64,000 nucleotides of DNA from an uncultured Gammaproteobacteria bacterium (lineage in GTDB: Bacteria; Pseudomonadota; Gammaproteobacteria; GCA-001735895): contig CAMYON010000002.1 of the NCBI GenBank assembly GCA_947260025.1, positions 3,714 to 67,713 on the forward strand, read 5' to 3'. A program made the position numbers and the translations under genes. The notes under the pieces are model-generated. The model did not search any database, was not told the DNA's origin, and worked only from the letters and a program-made list of their open reading frames with translations. How positions within the stretch are numbered: position 1 is the stretch's first letter; every line of letters begins with the position of its first letter. Of the stretch, positions 1-9,608 are shown one piece after another.

Positions 1-306
1 AGAAATAGCATGATTCTCCTGGACAGCCCCCTGCCGCGATATTGCTCGAGCACGAACACCCGCTTGACCTCGGCGTAGACCCCGTCGTCCCGCATGATCT
101 TGGCGGCACCGCTGGCCACCAGTTTGCCATCGAGCCGACAGCCGATAAACAGCACGTCGGGGCGCTTGAGATCCGCGCTGCTTTCGAGATGGGTACTCTC
201 CGCAGGGTACAGACCGTCATAATACGCATCCGATGCGGCGATCAGCGCCTGCACCTCGGCAACATCCGGATCGAGATGCTCGATGTCGGCTTCAGGCGTT
301 GTCATT
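1..306 (-). CDS. GNAT family N-acetyltransferase. Only the N-terminal ~100 aa are in the window; the gene's 3' end runs off the window start.
   Basis: Minus-strand translation from the ATG at 306 gives MTTPEADIEHLDPDVAEVQALIAASDAYYDGLYPAE...VFVLEQYRGRGLSRRIM. The Q/RxxGxG/A acetyl-CoA motif (RGRGLSRRIM) is typical of GNAT. The plus-strand ORF 42..317 is its antisense shadow. Confidence 0.55.
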
Positions 307-723
307 ATCACCGTTGATGAACGAATACATCACAATCTCGGAACGTTCTATCCAGCCACGACCAGACCAGTAGTGACGCCCTGCTTCATTGTTTTTCAGA
401 ACATGCACGTGCGACTTCTCGATGCCCTGAGATTTTAGCGCGGACAGGCAGCGCAACACCAGTTCACCCGCCACCCCAATCCCGCGCGATTTCTCGCCAA
501 CGGCAAGGTGCTGGATATAACCGCGCTTGCCATCGTGCCCTGCCATGATCGAACCGACGATCCGCGCTCCATCCAGGGCCACGAAACTGAGTCCCGGATT
601 ACGCTCGAGATACCGCTCGATACCCTCTAACGAGTCCGCGTCGCGCAGGCTGAGCCCTTCACAGTCCTGCCACAGTTTCATTACGGCATCGTAATCGGAG
701 ATTTGCATACAGCGATAATTCAT
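292..723 (-). CDS. GNAT family N-acetyltransferase
   Basis: 143-aa ORF with the GNAT core ...IQHLAVGEKSRGIGVAGELVLRCL... It overlaps the downstream GNAT start by 15 bp. Confidence 0.7.
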   Translation of the reverse strand: MNYRCMQISDYDAVMKLWQDCEGLSLRDADSLEGIERYLERNPGLSFVALDGARIVGSIMAGHDGKRGYIQHLAVGEKSRGIGVAGELVLRCLSALKSQGIEKSHVHVLKNNEAGRHYWSGRGWIERSEIVMYSFINGDNDNA

Positions 724-858
724 GCACTTATTCCGGTGAGCGGCTCATGTTACTGATTTCTTGCGCCGAAGTAACCCGTTGCGCGTGCCGTTGCGAGGTA
801 TTTCAACAATTCGACAAAGCCAGACGGGGCCTCAACTTTCACAAGATCCAGCCAGGGC

Positions 859-1503
859 TCAAAAATCGACGCGTCCGCGCAATTCTTCGAAGGGCGTCAT
901 GACCGCATCGCGGTAAGCACCGCGGTTCGCCAGACGCTGGTACCACTGCATTACCGACGCCGGTTGCACCACCTCGAATCCCATTTCGAAATAGCGGTAC
1001 AGGCAGACGGCACAGGGAATATCGCCGATCGAGAAATCGTCACCGGCGAGGTACGGCTGCCGCCGCAGGTGCGCGTCGAGCAACTCGAAGTGTTGCTCAC
1101 AACGCCGGGCCGCGGCCTCGATCCGTGTCATGTTCCTGGACGCTTCCGGGGTACGGAAGTAGCCCCAGAACAGTTCGATAAAATCGGGTTGCAGCTTGCT
1201 GAGTTCCCAGTCCATCCAGCGCTCGGCAAGGGAGCGCTCGAGCGGATCCTGCGGCCACAGTTCCCCGGCGCTATAGCGTGCCGCGAGGTAACGCAGGATC
1301 GTATTCGATTCCCAGATCACGGCGCCGTCGTCGCGTATCATCGGAATACGCGCATGCGGATTCAAGGCCAGGAACTCGGGGGTTTCGAGGTCGCCGGTAT
1401 TACCGCCGACGTCATAGTGTCGATAATCGAGCGCCAGCTCGCCCAGCATCCACAACACTTTCTGTACGTTGTAGGCATTCTTGCGCCCCCATAGTTCGAT
1501 CAT
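859..1503 (-). CDS. Glutathione S-transferase (GstB-like)
   Basis: N-terminus MIELWGRKNAYNVQKVLWMLGELALDY... closely resembles E. coli GstB (MITLWGRNNSTNVKKV...). Start placed at the internal Met (1503) because the upstream 10 codons lack GST homology. Confidence 0.8.
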   Translation of the reverse strand: MIELWGRKNAYNVQKVLWMLGELALDYRHYDVGGNTGDLETPEFLALNPHARIPMIRDDGAVIWESNTILRYLAARYSAGELWPQDPLERSLAERWMDWELSKLQPDFIELFWGYFRTPEASRNMTRIEAAARRCEQHFELLDAHLRRQPYLAGDDFSIGDIPCAVCLYRYFEMGFEVVQPASVMQWYQRLANRGAYRDAVMTPFEELRGRVDF

Positions 1504-1516
1504 CGTAACCTCTCCA

Positions 1517-2359
1517 TCAGAGCATGACCTCACCTTCGATCAGGATATGGGTTTGCCCGCCTATTTTGACATTGTCTCGATCGAGCGGCTCGATTGCGAC
1601 GCGTCCGTGGCGCCCGATGCTGGTGCCCTGGGCGACCGTCACGGACCCCGGCAAACGGCCCTCGGCCTGCAGCCAGTGCGCCAGCGCGGAGTTGAGCGAA
1701 CCGGTGATCGGGTCCTCGCTCATCCCGCTCGAAGGCGCCAGGTGGCGCACTTCGTATTCACATTCACTCCCCGGCGGGTGCGCGCCGAGCACACCGATCG
1801 ACTTGAAGGCCGGCCAGCGTACGCGCGACGAATCGAGCGCCAGCACCGACTCGGCGGAATCCAGCTGCAGCACCTGGAATACCGGACCATTGTCGAGCTC
1901 CGCGCTATGCAGAACTTGCCCGGGCGCTATCTCCAGCGCAGCGCAAATGTCTCCCAGCGTTGCCTCCGGGATCGGCCGAATGCGGGTCGGCGGCGCGATA
2001 AAGGCCGGCAACTCAGGATTGCTGATATCTATCTCCACAATACCGATGCCGCACTCCTGCAGCACCCGGCCCGCCTGCCGCGGGGTACCGCCGCTGTGCA
2101 ACCAGGCGGCACAGCTACCCAGCGTCGGGTGGCCTGCGAACAACATTTCTCGCACCGGCGTGAATATTTTCAAGCGGTAGTCGGCCCGCGCGTCACGCGG
2201 CGGCAGAATGAAAGTGGTTTCGGCAAGATTGGTCCAGGCGGCAAATTGTTGCATCGCCTGCCCGGGCAATCCGTCACCATCGACCACGACCGCAAGCGCG
2301 TTGCCGAGCGTCGGCACGGGGGTGAAAACGTCACATTGGATAAAGCGGCGTGCCTGCAT
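1517..2359 (-). CDS. PhzF family phenazine-biosynthesis-like isomerase
   Basis: MQARRFIQCDVFT...GNALAVVVDGDGL...ETTFILPP... is the PhzF/YddE fold signature. Start at the ATG at 2359, preceded by a GGAGA ribosome-binding site. Confidence 0.75.
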   Translation of the reverse strand: MQARRFIQCDVFTPVPTLGNALAVVVDGDGLPGQAMQQFAAWTNLAETTFILPPRDARADYRLKIFTPVREMLFAGHPTLGSCAAWLHSGGTPRQAGRVLQECGIGIVEIDISNPELPAFIAPPTRIRPIPEATLGDICAALEIAPGQVLHSAELDNGPVFQVLQLDSAESVLALDSSRVRWPAFKSIGVLGAHPPGSECEYEVRHLAPSSGMSEDPITGSLNSALAHWLQAEGRLPGSVTVAQGTSIGRHGRVAIEPLDRDNVKIGGQTHILIEGEVML

Positions 2360-2464
2360 CTTTAATTCTCCGGTTCCTCTGCCGCAAGCGCCGCGTGATG
2401 GCGCTCTTACTCCGTCTAAACTTGTGCTTCGGATGCAGCAATCTTGCAGTTTACAAAGCCCCAC

Positions 2465-2829
2465 ACTAGCTCAGGCATGATCCATATACATCTATCAAGC
2501 GCATGATTCTAAGGACTTTTCGATCGCAATAGTTAAACCATTTTATTAAGTATGGTCAATAAACTACTGTATTTATTATATAAAATTCTTCCATAGATTC
2601 TGAATCTTCATTTTTCAATAAGACGTTCACGCGTTACGAGATTTTCTTCGGCCAGTAATCTCGGCGCAAGACTGGCGTGCCGCAGAGAGTCACGACGATC
2701 GAAAAAGGACCTTATAGCAAAAGCCTGCGCGGCAAAATCACTAACCGTTTTTCCATCCACCAGATCAGGCGTTCGATCCATTGTCGATCGACTTGTAGCC
2801 CGCGGTCCGCACCGCGGTATTAATCGAAC
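2465..2829. promoter_or_regulatory. AT-rich non-coding island between the soeC stop and the phzF-like start. Likely a terminator plus promoter region.
   Basis: 365 bp with no ORF, markedly AT-rich (e.g. ttattatataaaattcttccatagattctgaatcttcatttttcaataag) in a ~60% GC background. Imperfect hairpin cccgcggtccgcaccgcggt at 2800-2819 just downstream of the soeC stop. Confidence 0.4.
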
Positions 2830-3801
2830 CTAGGATATCATCTGGTAGTAGATGTTCTGCGGGTGCTCGGCTTCGATAAAAAAGTACCAGCGCTCGGCCA
2901 GTAATCCGAGATACTGCAGCGCAAAGGCCAAACCATAGAGCAGCCAGGTCTCGGTATCGCCGAACGACAGCAGCAGCAGCGGCAGGATAAAAGCCAGCAC
3001 GATAAAACCGCGGCGCACGAGGCGCAATACCGGCGCCCCGTAGGCATGCATGAAGGCGCGCGTGTTGAAGCTGCCGCCCATCGCGCCCTGGGCTATCTGG
3101 CGAATGGTGGGATGATGCACGCCGATGGCCGACTGCACGGTCGACGGGCTGCGCAGGTTGCGGTTACGCAACAGGCTGACGTAACGCGAGACCAGGGCGC
3201 CAGCGGTCAGGAACACCGCCATGCCGGCGAAATAAGCAAAGCGCTCGTCACCGGTAACGACGGCAAGGACTGTCGCCAGCGTGAACCCGGAAGCGCAACC
3301 CATCAAAAAGAAATTGAGCACGGTTAACGGGCTATACCATTGCCGTAAGAATTTCAGGCAGGCGTATATCATCGCGGTACAGATAAACAGGGCGCATACC
3401 GCCAGTACCGCGCCAAAACCGAGGATGGTAGCAATCGATATCGGAATACCGCCCAGGTTGAATACAACCAGATCGATCTCGGCCAGCTTAACCAGCGCGT
3501 AACTCAGGATCAGCACCATTGCGAGCGGCAATGCAATCACCTCGCGTGATAACCATGAAGTGCGCCACATGGCGGCGGCGCGCCAGGCCCGCTCCGGGTG
3601 TCCCAGGTGAAAGAAGGAGGCGAACAGTCCCGCTGCCAGTAACAGGAAACTCAAACCCGCCGCATAGCCAGCGTAGTCGACCGGTGTCGGTGCCAGCATC
3701 GACAGCATCACGAACCATTCGGCGCTGTACCAGGCCAGGAACAGGCCCTGTCCGGCGCCGATCAACGTCGTCAACAAAACAACCGATATCGCCGGCTTCA
3801 T
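2830..3801 (-). CDS. soeC: Molybdopterin oxidoreductase membrane anchor subunit (DmsC/SoeC family)
   Basis: 323-aa polytopic hydrophobic protein directly downstream of the Fe-S and catalytic subunits. DmsC-like anchor. Confidence 0.6.
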   Translation of the reverse strand: MKPAISVVLLTTLIGAGQGLFLAWYSAEWFVMLSMLAPTPVDYAGYAAGLSFLLLAAGLFASFFHLGHPERAWRAAAMWRTSWLSREVIALPLAMVLILSYALVKLAEIDLVVFNLGGIPISIATILGFGAVLAVCALFICTAMIYACLKFLRQWYSPLTVLNFFLMGCASGFTLATVLAVVTGDERFAYFAGMAVFLTAGALVSRYVSLLRNRNLRSPSTVQSAIGVHHPTIRQIAQGAMGGSFNTRAFMHAYGAPVLRLVRRGFIVLAFILPLLLLSFGDTETWLLYGLAFALQYLGLLAERWYFFIEAEHPQNIYYQMIS

Positions 3802-3814
3802 ATGCTATCTCCCG

Positions 3815-4462
3815 TTACCATGAAGTGGAATCGTCCAGCGTGGTGCGGCTGGTCGGCGCGCGTGGCCCCCGATCTTCCTTGCGCAACGGATTATCCGCGC
3901 GCTGCAGATCCTCCTCGTGCACCGTAATCTTGACCTTGCGTCGCGGCAGGTAGTGATTCGCCGGGTTGGTGCTCCATTCCGGCATCAGCTGGTATCCAGC
4001 GCTTTCGTTTATCGCGCGCGAGGCCTCCGATTCCGGGTCATGAATGTCGCCGTAGATACGCGCGCTGGTGGGACATGACAGCACGCACACCGGCTTGCGC
4101 TCCGCCTCGGGCAGAGTCTCGTCGTATATCCGGTCGACGCACAGCGTGCATTTCTTCATCACCTTCTGCTGCTCATCGATTTCACGCGCGCCGTAGGGGC
4201 AGGCCCAGGAGCAGTACTCGCAGCCGATACACTTGTCGTAGTCGACCAGCACGATGCCATCCTCGGGACGCTTGTAGCTCGCGCCGGTGGGACATACCGG
4301 CACGCAGGGCGGGTCTTCGCAATGCAGGCAGGACTTCGCGTAGGGATTGCGGTCCACCATCGGCCCCGCCTCACCTGAAGTATTCCATTCCTTGCAGCTG
4401 GTGACGCAGGCGTGACAACCGACGCAGGTGTTCAGATCTATAACCAGGGCGAGCTGCGTCAT
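3815..4462 (-). CDS. soeB: Molybdopterin oxidoreductase 4Fe-4S iron-sulfur subunit (DmsB/PsrB/SoeB-like)
   Basis: MTQLALVIDLNTCVGCHACVTSCKEWN... with four Cys clusters (CIGCEYCSWACPYGA, CTLCVDR...). The ATG overlaps the soeA stop (ATGA). No Tat signal. The ORF-track upstream extension overlaps soeA and is rejected. Confidence 0.65.
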   Translation of the reverse strand: MTQLALVIDLNTCVGCHACVTSCKEWNTSGEAGPMVDRNPYAKSCLHCEDPPCVPVCPTGASYKRPEDGIVLVDYDKCIGCEYCSWACPYGAREIDEQQKVMKKCTLCVDRIYDETLPEAERKPVCVLSCPTSARIYGDIHDPESEASRAINESAGYQLMPEWSTNPANHYLPRRKVKITVHEEDLQRADNPLRKEDRGPRAPTSRTTLDDSTSW

Positions 4463-7332
4463 TTGCCCAGCCCCCTGACAAAAGACTGCCAGCGGCCGCG
4501 CGCCGGCTCCATGCCGGGCACCCGCGGCTGGGTCGGAAACTGTGGCGACGTCTGCTTCGGTTCGTCGTCGTCCGCCTTGTAAACGCGCACGCGGACGTCG
4601 TACCAGGCGGCCTGGCCGGTGACCGGATCGGAATTGGAAAAGCGGTAGTCGCCCTGCCCCGACGGAATCTCTTCGCTGATCAGGTGGTTGAGCAGAAAAC
4701 CCTTTTGCGATTCGTTGGCCTGCTTGTCCAGACCCCAGGCGCCCGCCGCCTTGCCGATGGCGTTCCAGGTCCAGACGGTCCCCGGCTCCACCGCCTCGCT
4801 GAAGCGGCACATGCAACGCACGCGGCCGTGCTCCGATTCGACCCAGATCCAGTCGCCGTCGTCGAAGCCGTTCTGCGCGCCCACTTGCGGGCTGAGGAAC
4901 AGGTAGTTGTGCGCATGGATCTGCCTGAGCCAGGCGTTTTGCGAATCCCAGGAATGGTACATCGCCATCGGGCGCTGCGTAATCGCGTTCAGCGGATACT
5001 TGTTCTTGTCGATAGCCTGCGTTTCCAGCGGCTCGGCGTAAAACGGCAACGGATCGAAATGCGTGCGCACCCGCTCGCGCAGGTAATCAGGTGGTTGGCG
5101 GCCCGGACGCTTGCCCTCGGCGGCAAGGCGAAAACGCTGCAGCACTTCCGAGTAGAGATGCAGGTTAACCGGGTCGGTATAGCGGATCAGGCCATGATCC
5201 TGGGCCCAGTGCAGGTAACCGCGGTTCCAGTTGCGCATGTACTGATAAGACTTCGGCAACTCGTGCTGGTAGACGCAATTGTTTTTGGCGTACATCTCCC
5301 ACTGGTTGGGATTGGGTTCGCCGCGCATGAATTTCTCCCCGCCCTTGCCGCGCCAGCCGGCGAGAAACCCGATACCCGAGCCAGGTTCGGTTTCATAGTT
5401 GATCACCAGGTCCTTGTAATCCCTGAACTTGCGGCTGCCGTCGAGATTCAGGAAGCGCGGCAACTTGAGGCGGGTAGCCAGCTCCACCAGCACATCCTGG
5501 AACGGCCGGCATTCGCCCTTGGGCGGAACCACGGGTACACGCACCGAATCCACCGGCCCCTCGAATTCCGAAATCGGCCGGTCCAGCATCGACATCGCGT
5601 CGTAACGCTCGAGGTAAGACGTGTCTGGCAGCACGATATCGGCGAACGCGATGGTTTCCGAGTGATAGGCGTCACAAACCACGAGAAAAGGAATCTTGTA
5701 TTCACCGTCATCGTTCTTGTCGACCAGCATCTCGCGCACGCGCTCGGTGTTCATCGACGAATTCCAGGCCATGTTCGCCATGAACAGCAACAGCGTGTCG
5801 ATCGGGTAAGGATCGCCGCGCCAGGCGTTGGTGATGGCGTTATGCATCAGGCCGTGCACCGACAGCGGGTACTCCCAGGAAAAACCCTTGTCGAGACGCA
5901 CCGGTTCACCCTGCTCGTCTACGAATAAATCCTCGGGCGCTGCCGGGAAGCCGAGCGGCATGCCTTCCAGCGGCGCCCCGGGCTGAATCGCCTCGGGATC
6001 GTTCGGCGGCTTGGCACAGGGCGGAATCGGACGCGGGAATGGTGCCTTGTGGCGAAACCCGCCAGGCCGGTCGATCGTGCCCAGTATCGTCATCAGGATG
6101 CCGAGCGCCCGGATGGTCTGAAAGCCGTTGGAATGCGCGGCCAGTCCGCGCATCGCGTGGAATGAAACCGGGTTGCCGGTAATCGACTCGTGCTCCTTGC
6201 CCCAGGCGTCGGTCCACGGAAAAGGCAGCTCTATTTTCTCGTCGCGCGCGGTGATACCCATCTCGTGCGCCAGCCGCCGTATCGTCTCGGCATCGATGCC
6301 GGTGATACCCGCGGCCCACTCCGGCGTGTAGTCGGCGACGCGCTCCTTGAGCAGTTGAAACGCCGGCTTCACCCGAGCACCATCCTCGAGTTCGAACTCG
6401 CCCAGCAGGCGGGGGTCGGTATCCTCGGCATGCGCATGCACGGCCTGCTCGCGTTCGCGATCCCACCACATCTTGTTGGCCGGTTCGATGCAGGTTTCCT
6501 CGACCTCGATCTCCGAGCGCAGGAACAGGCCGAATTCATCACTCTCCAGGTCGACGTTTACCAGGTCCGGGGAATTGGTGTAACGCATCAGAAACTCGCG
6601 ATCGTAGAGTCCCTGCGCGATGATTTCGTGAATGATGGCCAGCAGCAGCGCACCGTCGGTACCGGGCTTGATCGGAACCCATTCGTCGGCGATTGCGGCG
6701 TAGCCGCTGCGCACCGGGTTTACCGCGATAAACTTGCCGCCGTTGCGCTTGAACTTTGCCAGCGCGATTTTCATCGGGTTGGAATGATGATCCTCGGCGG
6801 TGCCGAGCATGATGAACAGCCTCGAGCGATCCAGGTCCGGACCGCCGAATTCCCAAAACGAGCCGCCGATCGTGTAGATCAGGCCGGCGGCCATGTTGAC
6901 CGAGCAAAAGCCGCCGTGCGCGGCGTAATTGGGCGTGCCGAACTGCTTGGCAAACAGCCCGGTCAGCGCCTGCATCTGGTCGCGACCGGTGTAGAGCGCG
7001 AATTTCTTCGGATCGGTCTCACGGATATGGTGCAGACGTTCGCTGATCGTGGTGAGCGCTTCTTCCCAGGAGATTTCCTCGAACTCCGAACGCCCGCGTT
7101 CGGCACCCGGCTTGCGGCGCAGGGGCTTGGTCAGCCTCGCCGGGGAGTACTGTTTCATGATACCCGAGGCACCTTTGGCACAAAGCACGCCCTTGTTGAT
7201 CGGGTGCTCGGGATTTCCCTGGATGAAGCGCACCTCGCCATCCTCGACGGTGACGTTGATGCCGCAACGACAGGCACACATGTAGCAGGTAGTCGATTTG
7301 ACTTCACGTTGTCGTGCAGGATTCGCCGCCAT
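4459..7332 (-). CDS. soeA: Molybdopterin-guanine-dinucleotide oxidoreductase catalytic subunit, cytoplasm-facing (SoeA-like sulfite dehydrogenase (quinone))
   Basis: 957 aa. N-terminal Cys cluster CYMCACRCGINV (a 4Fe-4S site) and molybdopterin oxidoreductase domains throughout. No twin-arginine signal peptide, in contrast to periplasmic Psr/Phs/Ttr enzymes. Confidence 0.6.
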   Translation of the reverse strand: MAANPARQREVKSTTCYMCACRCGINVTVEDGEVRFIQGNPEHPINKGVLCAKGASGIMKQYSPARLTKPLRRKPGAERGRSEFEEISWEEALTTISERLHHIRETDPKKFALYTGRDQMQALTGLFAKQFGTPNYAAHGGFCSVNMAAGLIYTIGGSFWEFGGPDLDRSRLFIMLGTAEDHHSNPMKIALAKFKRNGGKFIAVNPVRSGYAAIADEWVPIKPGTDGALLLAIIHEIIAQGLYDREFLMRYTNSPDLVNVDLESDEFGLFLRSEIEVEETCIEPANKMWWDREREQAVHAHAEDTDPRLLGEFELEDGARVKPAFQLLKERVADYTPEWAAGITGIDAETIRRLAHEMGITARDEKIELPFPWTDAWGKEHESITGNPVSFHAMRGLAAHSNGFQTIRALGILMTILGTIDRPGGFRHKAPFPRPIPPCAKPPNDPEAIQPGAPLEGMPLGFPAAPEDLFVDEQGEPVRLDKGFSWEYPLSVHGLMHNAITNAWRGDPYPIDTLLLFMANMAWNSSMNTERVREMLVDKNDDGEYKIPFLVVCDAYHSETIAFADIVLPDTSYLERYDAMSMLDRPISEFEGPVDSVRVPVVPPKGECRPFQDVLVELATRLKLPRFLNLDGSRKFRDYKDLVINYETEPGSGIGFLAGWRGKGGEKFMRGEPNPNQWEMYAKNNCVYQHELPKSYQYMRNWNRGYLHWAQDHGLIRYTDPVNLHLYSEVLQRFRLAAEGKRPGRQPPDYLRERVRTHFDPLPFYAEPLETQAIDKNKYPLNAITQRPMAMYHSWDSQNAWLRQIHAHNYLFLSPQVGAQNGFDDGDWIWVESEHGRVRCMCRFSEAVEPGTVWTWNAIGKAAGAWGLDKQANESQKGFLLNHLISEEIPSGQGDYRFSNSDPVTGQAAWYDVRVRVYKADDDEPKQTSPQFPTQPRVPGMEPARGRWQSFVRGLGK

Positions 7333-7682
7333 AGATAGTCAACCTGGTAAGAATAATTAGCTGACCGATAGTGTGGTTAGTCGGGGTTGCCGATGCAAAA
7401 CAAATAAATTGATCACGTCAAAAGTAAAGCTAATAAGTAAATTTTATTTTTTACTTATCCTCATCAAATTAATTTATATCTAATTCATCCTCAAGGCGGG
7501 TCATCAGGCGATATTCAGAGGGTGCGGGGAGATTGATCTGGATAAGCTGACAGCGGATGCGAACCAGTCGAGTCCTATAAAATCCGGTCGAATTAACTGC
7601 AGATAATCCCCAGTCACTTGACCAACCGCAATTATGGGGACCCAAAACTGCGCTAGGCTGTCTTTTTCAGCGAAAAACGCCG
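7333..7682. promoter_or_regulatory. Divergent promoter region between soeA and ftsH-like
   Basis: 350 bp with no ORF, strongly AT-rich (taaattttattttttacttatcctcatcaaattaatttatatctaattcat). Sits between two divergently transcribed genes. Confidence 0.45.
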
Positions 7683-9608
7683 ATGCCGAACCACCTGCCG
7701 CCTAAACAGCCGAAACAGCCCTTCGACTGGCAGCAACCCCTGCCCTGGTGGCGCTACCTGTCGTGGTTCATCGTTTTGCTGATTTTTACCTGGTTCTTTT
7801 TGAACCCCACCAACGACGGCAAGCTGTCCGTGCCTTATAGCCAGTTCAAGTCCGAGGTAGCGGATGACCAGGTTACCTGGGTGGAGTTTCAGGGCGATCG
7901 AATTTCCGGGGAATACCATCAATCCCGGGCACATCCCGAGCTTGACGGGAAAAGAACCTACTCTCGATTTATCACGACCGCTCCCCCGTTGCAGGACCCG
8001 GAACTAATTACCCTGCTCGAACAGCACCAGGTCGAGATTCGCGTCGTCTCGACCGAGGCCAACTGGTTGTCGAAGGCCCTGATCGGGGTATTACCCTGGA
8101 TCCTGATCATCGGCCTGTTCTGGTATGGCACCTCGAGAATGCGCAAAGGCCTCGGCGGCATTGGCGGTGGCGACGGCATCTTCGACTTCGGAAAATCCCG
8201 CGCCAAGCGTTTTCGCCGCTCGGATTCGCAACTGACATTCGATGACGTGGCCGGCCTGGAAAACGCCAAGCGGGATATGCGTGAAATTGTCGGTTACCTG
8301 AAGGAACCGGAGCACTATCGCAAGCTCGGCGCCAAGATTCCGAAAGGAATCCTGCTGATGGGGCCGCCGGGCACCGGTAAGACCCTGATGGCCAAGGCGG
8401 TCGCCGGCGAGGCCAACGTGCCCTTCTTCAGCATCAGCGGCTCCGAGTTTATCGAAATGTTCGTCGGCGTCGGCGCTTCGAGGGTACGCGACATGTTCGC
8501 CAGCGCCCGCAAGGAAGCACCGTCGATCATCTTTATCGACGAAATCGATTCCGTGGGGCGAGCCAGGGGCACCGGCCTGGGTGGTGGACACGACGAACGC
8601 GAACAAACCCTGAACCAGATACTGGGCGAAATGGATGGCTTCGATCCACACGAAGCGGTAGTCGTGCTGGCTGCTACCAATCGCCCGGATGTGCTCGACG
8701 CCGCATTGATGCGGCCCGGGCGTTTCGATCGCAAGATAACCCTGGACCTGCCGGATAAGAAAGCCCGGCGGGCCATACTCGACATTCACAGCGCCGATGT
8801 ACCCTTGAGCGAAGATGCCGACCTGGATCGTATCGCGGCCCTGACCGTCGGCTTCTCGGGCGCGGACCTGGAAAACCTGGTGAACGAAGCCGCGTTATTA
8901 TGCGGCAGGGAAAACCGCGAAACCGTAAACATGGAATCCCTGCTCAATGCACGCGACAAGGTCGTGCTCGGCGGAAAACGCGAGTTGATTATCAGCGACG
9001 ACGAAAAAATCCTGGTTGCCTACCACGAGGCCGGGCATGCGCTGGTCGCGACTCAATTGCCGAGCGCCGATCCGCTCGACAAAGTCAGCATTATCCCGCG
9101 TGGGCGAGCGCTCGGCGTAACCGAACAGATCCCGGAGGAAGAACACTACAACCTGCGTAAAACCTACCTGCACGATCGCATCGGCGTGATGCTCGGCGGG
9201 CGGGCGGCGGAGCAAATGATGTTCGGCGAAGTGAGCTCCGGTGCCGAAGACGATCTCAAGCAGGCGACCAGGCTGGCGCGGCACATGGTAACGCACTGGG
9301 GGATGAGCGAAAAAATCGGGCCGGTAGCGTTTCGTCGCGGTGAAGAACACATATTTCTGGGGCGGGAAATGACCCAGCAACGCGATTTCAGCGAACATAC
9401 GGCGCAGGTTATCGACGATGAAATTGGTTCCCTGCTAAAGGGTATCGAGCAGGAGATCAAGACCCTGTTGCAACAGCATCGCAGCCAGCTGGAATCGCTG
9501 GCGCAGGCGCTACTGGAAAAAGAAACCCTGGCAGCAGATGAAATCCAGTCAATCCTGACATCATCAACCGGATTTACGAATGGGGAAATCGAAAATGAGG
9601 CAACTTAG
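7683..9608 (+). CDS. ftsH: ATP-dependent zinc metalloprotease FtsH (likely a paralogue, non-canonical context)
   Basis: Walker A GPPGTGKT, Walker [31 protein letters not shown], zinc site HEAGHAL. Two N-terminal transmembrane helices flank a periplasmic domain. Confidence 0.9.
   Translation: MPNHLPPKQPKQPFDWQQPLPWWRYLSWFIVLLIFTWFFLNPTNDGKLSVPYSQFKSEVADDQVTWVEFQGDRISGEYHQSRAHPELDGKRTYSRFITTAPPLQDPELITLLEQHQVEIRVVSTEANWLSKALIGVLPWILIIGLFWYGTSRMRKGLGGIGGGDGIFDFGKSRAKRFRRSDSQLTFDDVAGLENAKRDMREIVGYLKEPEHYRKLGAKIPKGILLMGPPGTGKTLMAKAVAGEANVPFFSISGSEFIEMFVGVGASRVRDMFASARKEAPSIIFIDEIDSVGRARGTGLGGGHDEREQTLNQILGEMDGFDPHEAVVVLAATNRPDVLDAALMRPGRFDRKITLDLPDKKARRAILDIHSADVPLSEDADLDRIAALTVGFSGADLENLVNEAALLCGRENRETVNMESLLNARDKVVLGGKRELIISDDEKILVAYHEAGHALVATQLPSADPLDKVSIIPRGRALGVTEQIPEEEHYNLRKTYLHDRIGVMLGGRAAEQMMFGEVSSGAEDDLKQATRLARHMVTHWGMSEKIGPVAFRRGEEHIFLGREMTQQRDFSEHTAQVIDDEIGSLLKGIEQEIKTLLQQHRSQLESLAQALLEKETLAADEIQSILTSSTGFTNGEIENEAT

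Noticed and set aside
1481-2365. 294-aa and 218-aa plus-strand ORFs overlapping the phzF-like and GST genes
   Set aside because: Antisense shadows of two genes with clear family signatures. Arg/Pro-rich junk translation.
3815-4816. ORF-track 333-aa version of the Fe-S subunit, extending 118 codons upstream into soeA
   Set aside because: The extension is Arg/Gly-rich and overlaps the 3' end of soeA in another frame. Homology to DmsB/PsrB begins at MTQLALVIDLNTC, whose ATG overlaps the soeA stop (ATGA).
4684-7338. Long plus-strand ORFs (414 aa at 4684..5928, 382 aa at 6190..7338, and others) inside the soeA region
   Set aside because: They are antisense to a well-supported 957-aa molybdopterin oxidoreductase gene. 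Their translations are Arg/Gly/Val-rich with no domain resemblance, typical of shadow ORFs in GC-rich DNA.
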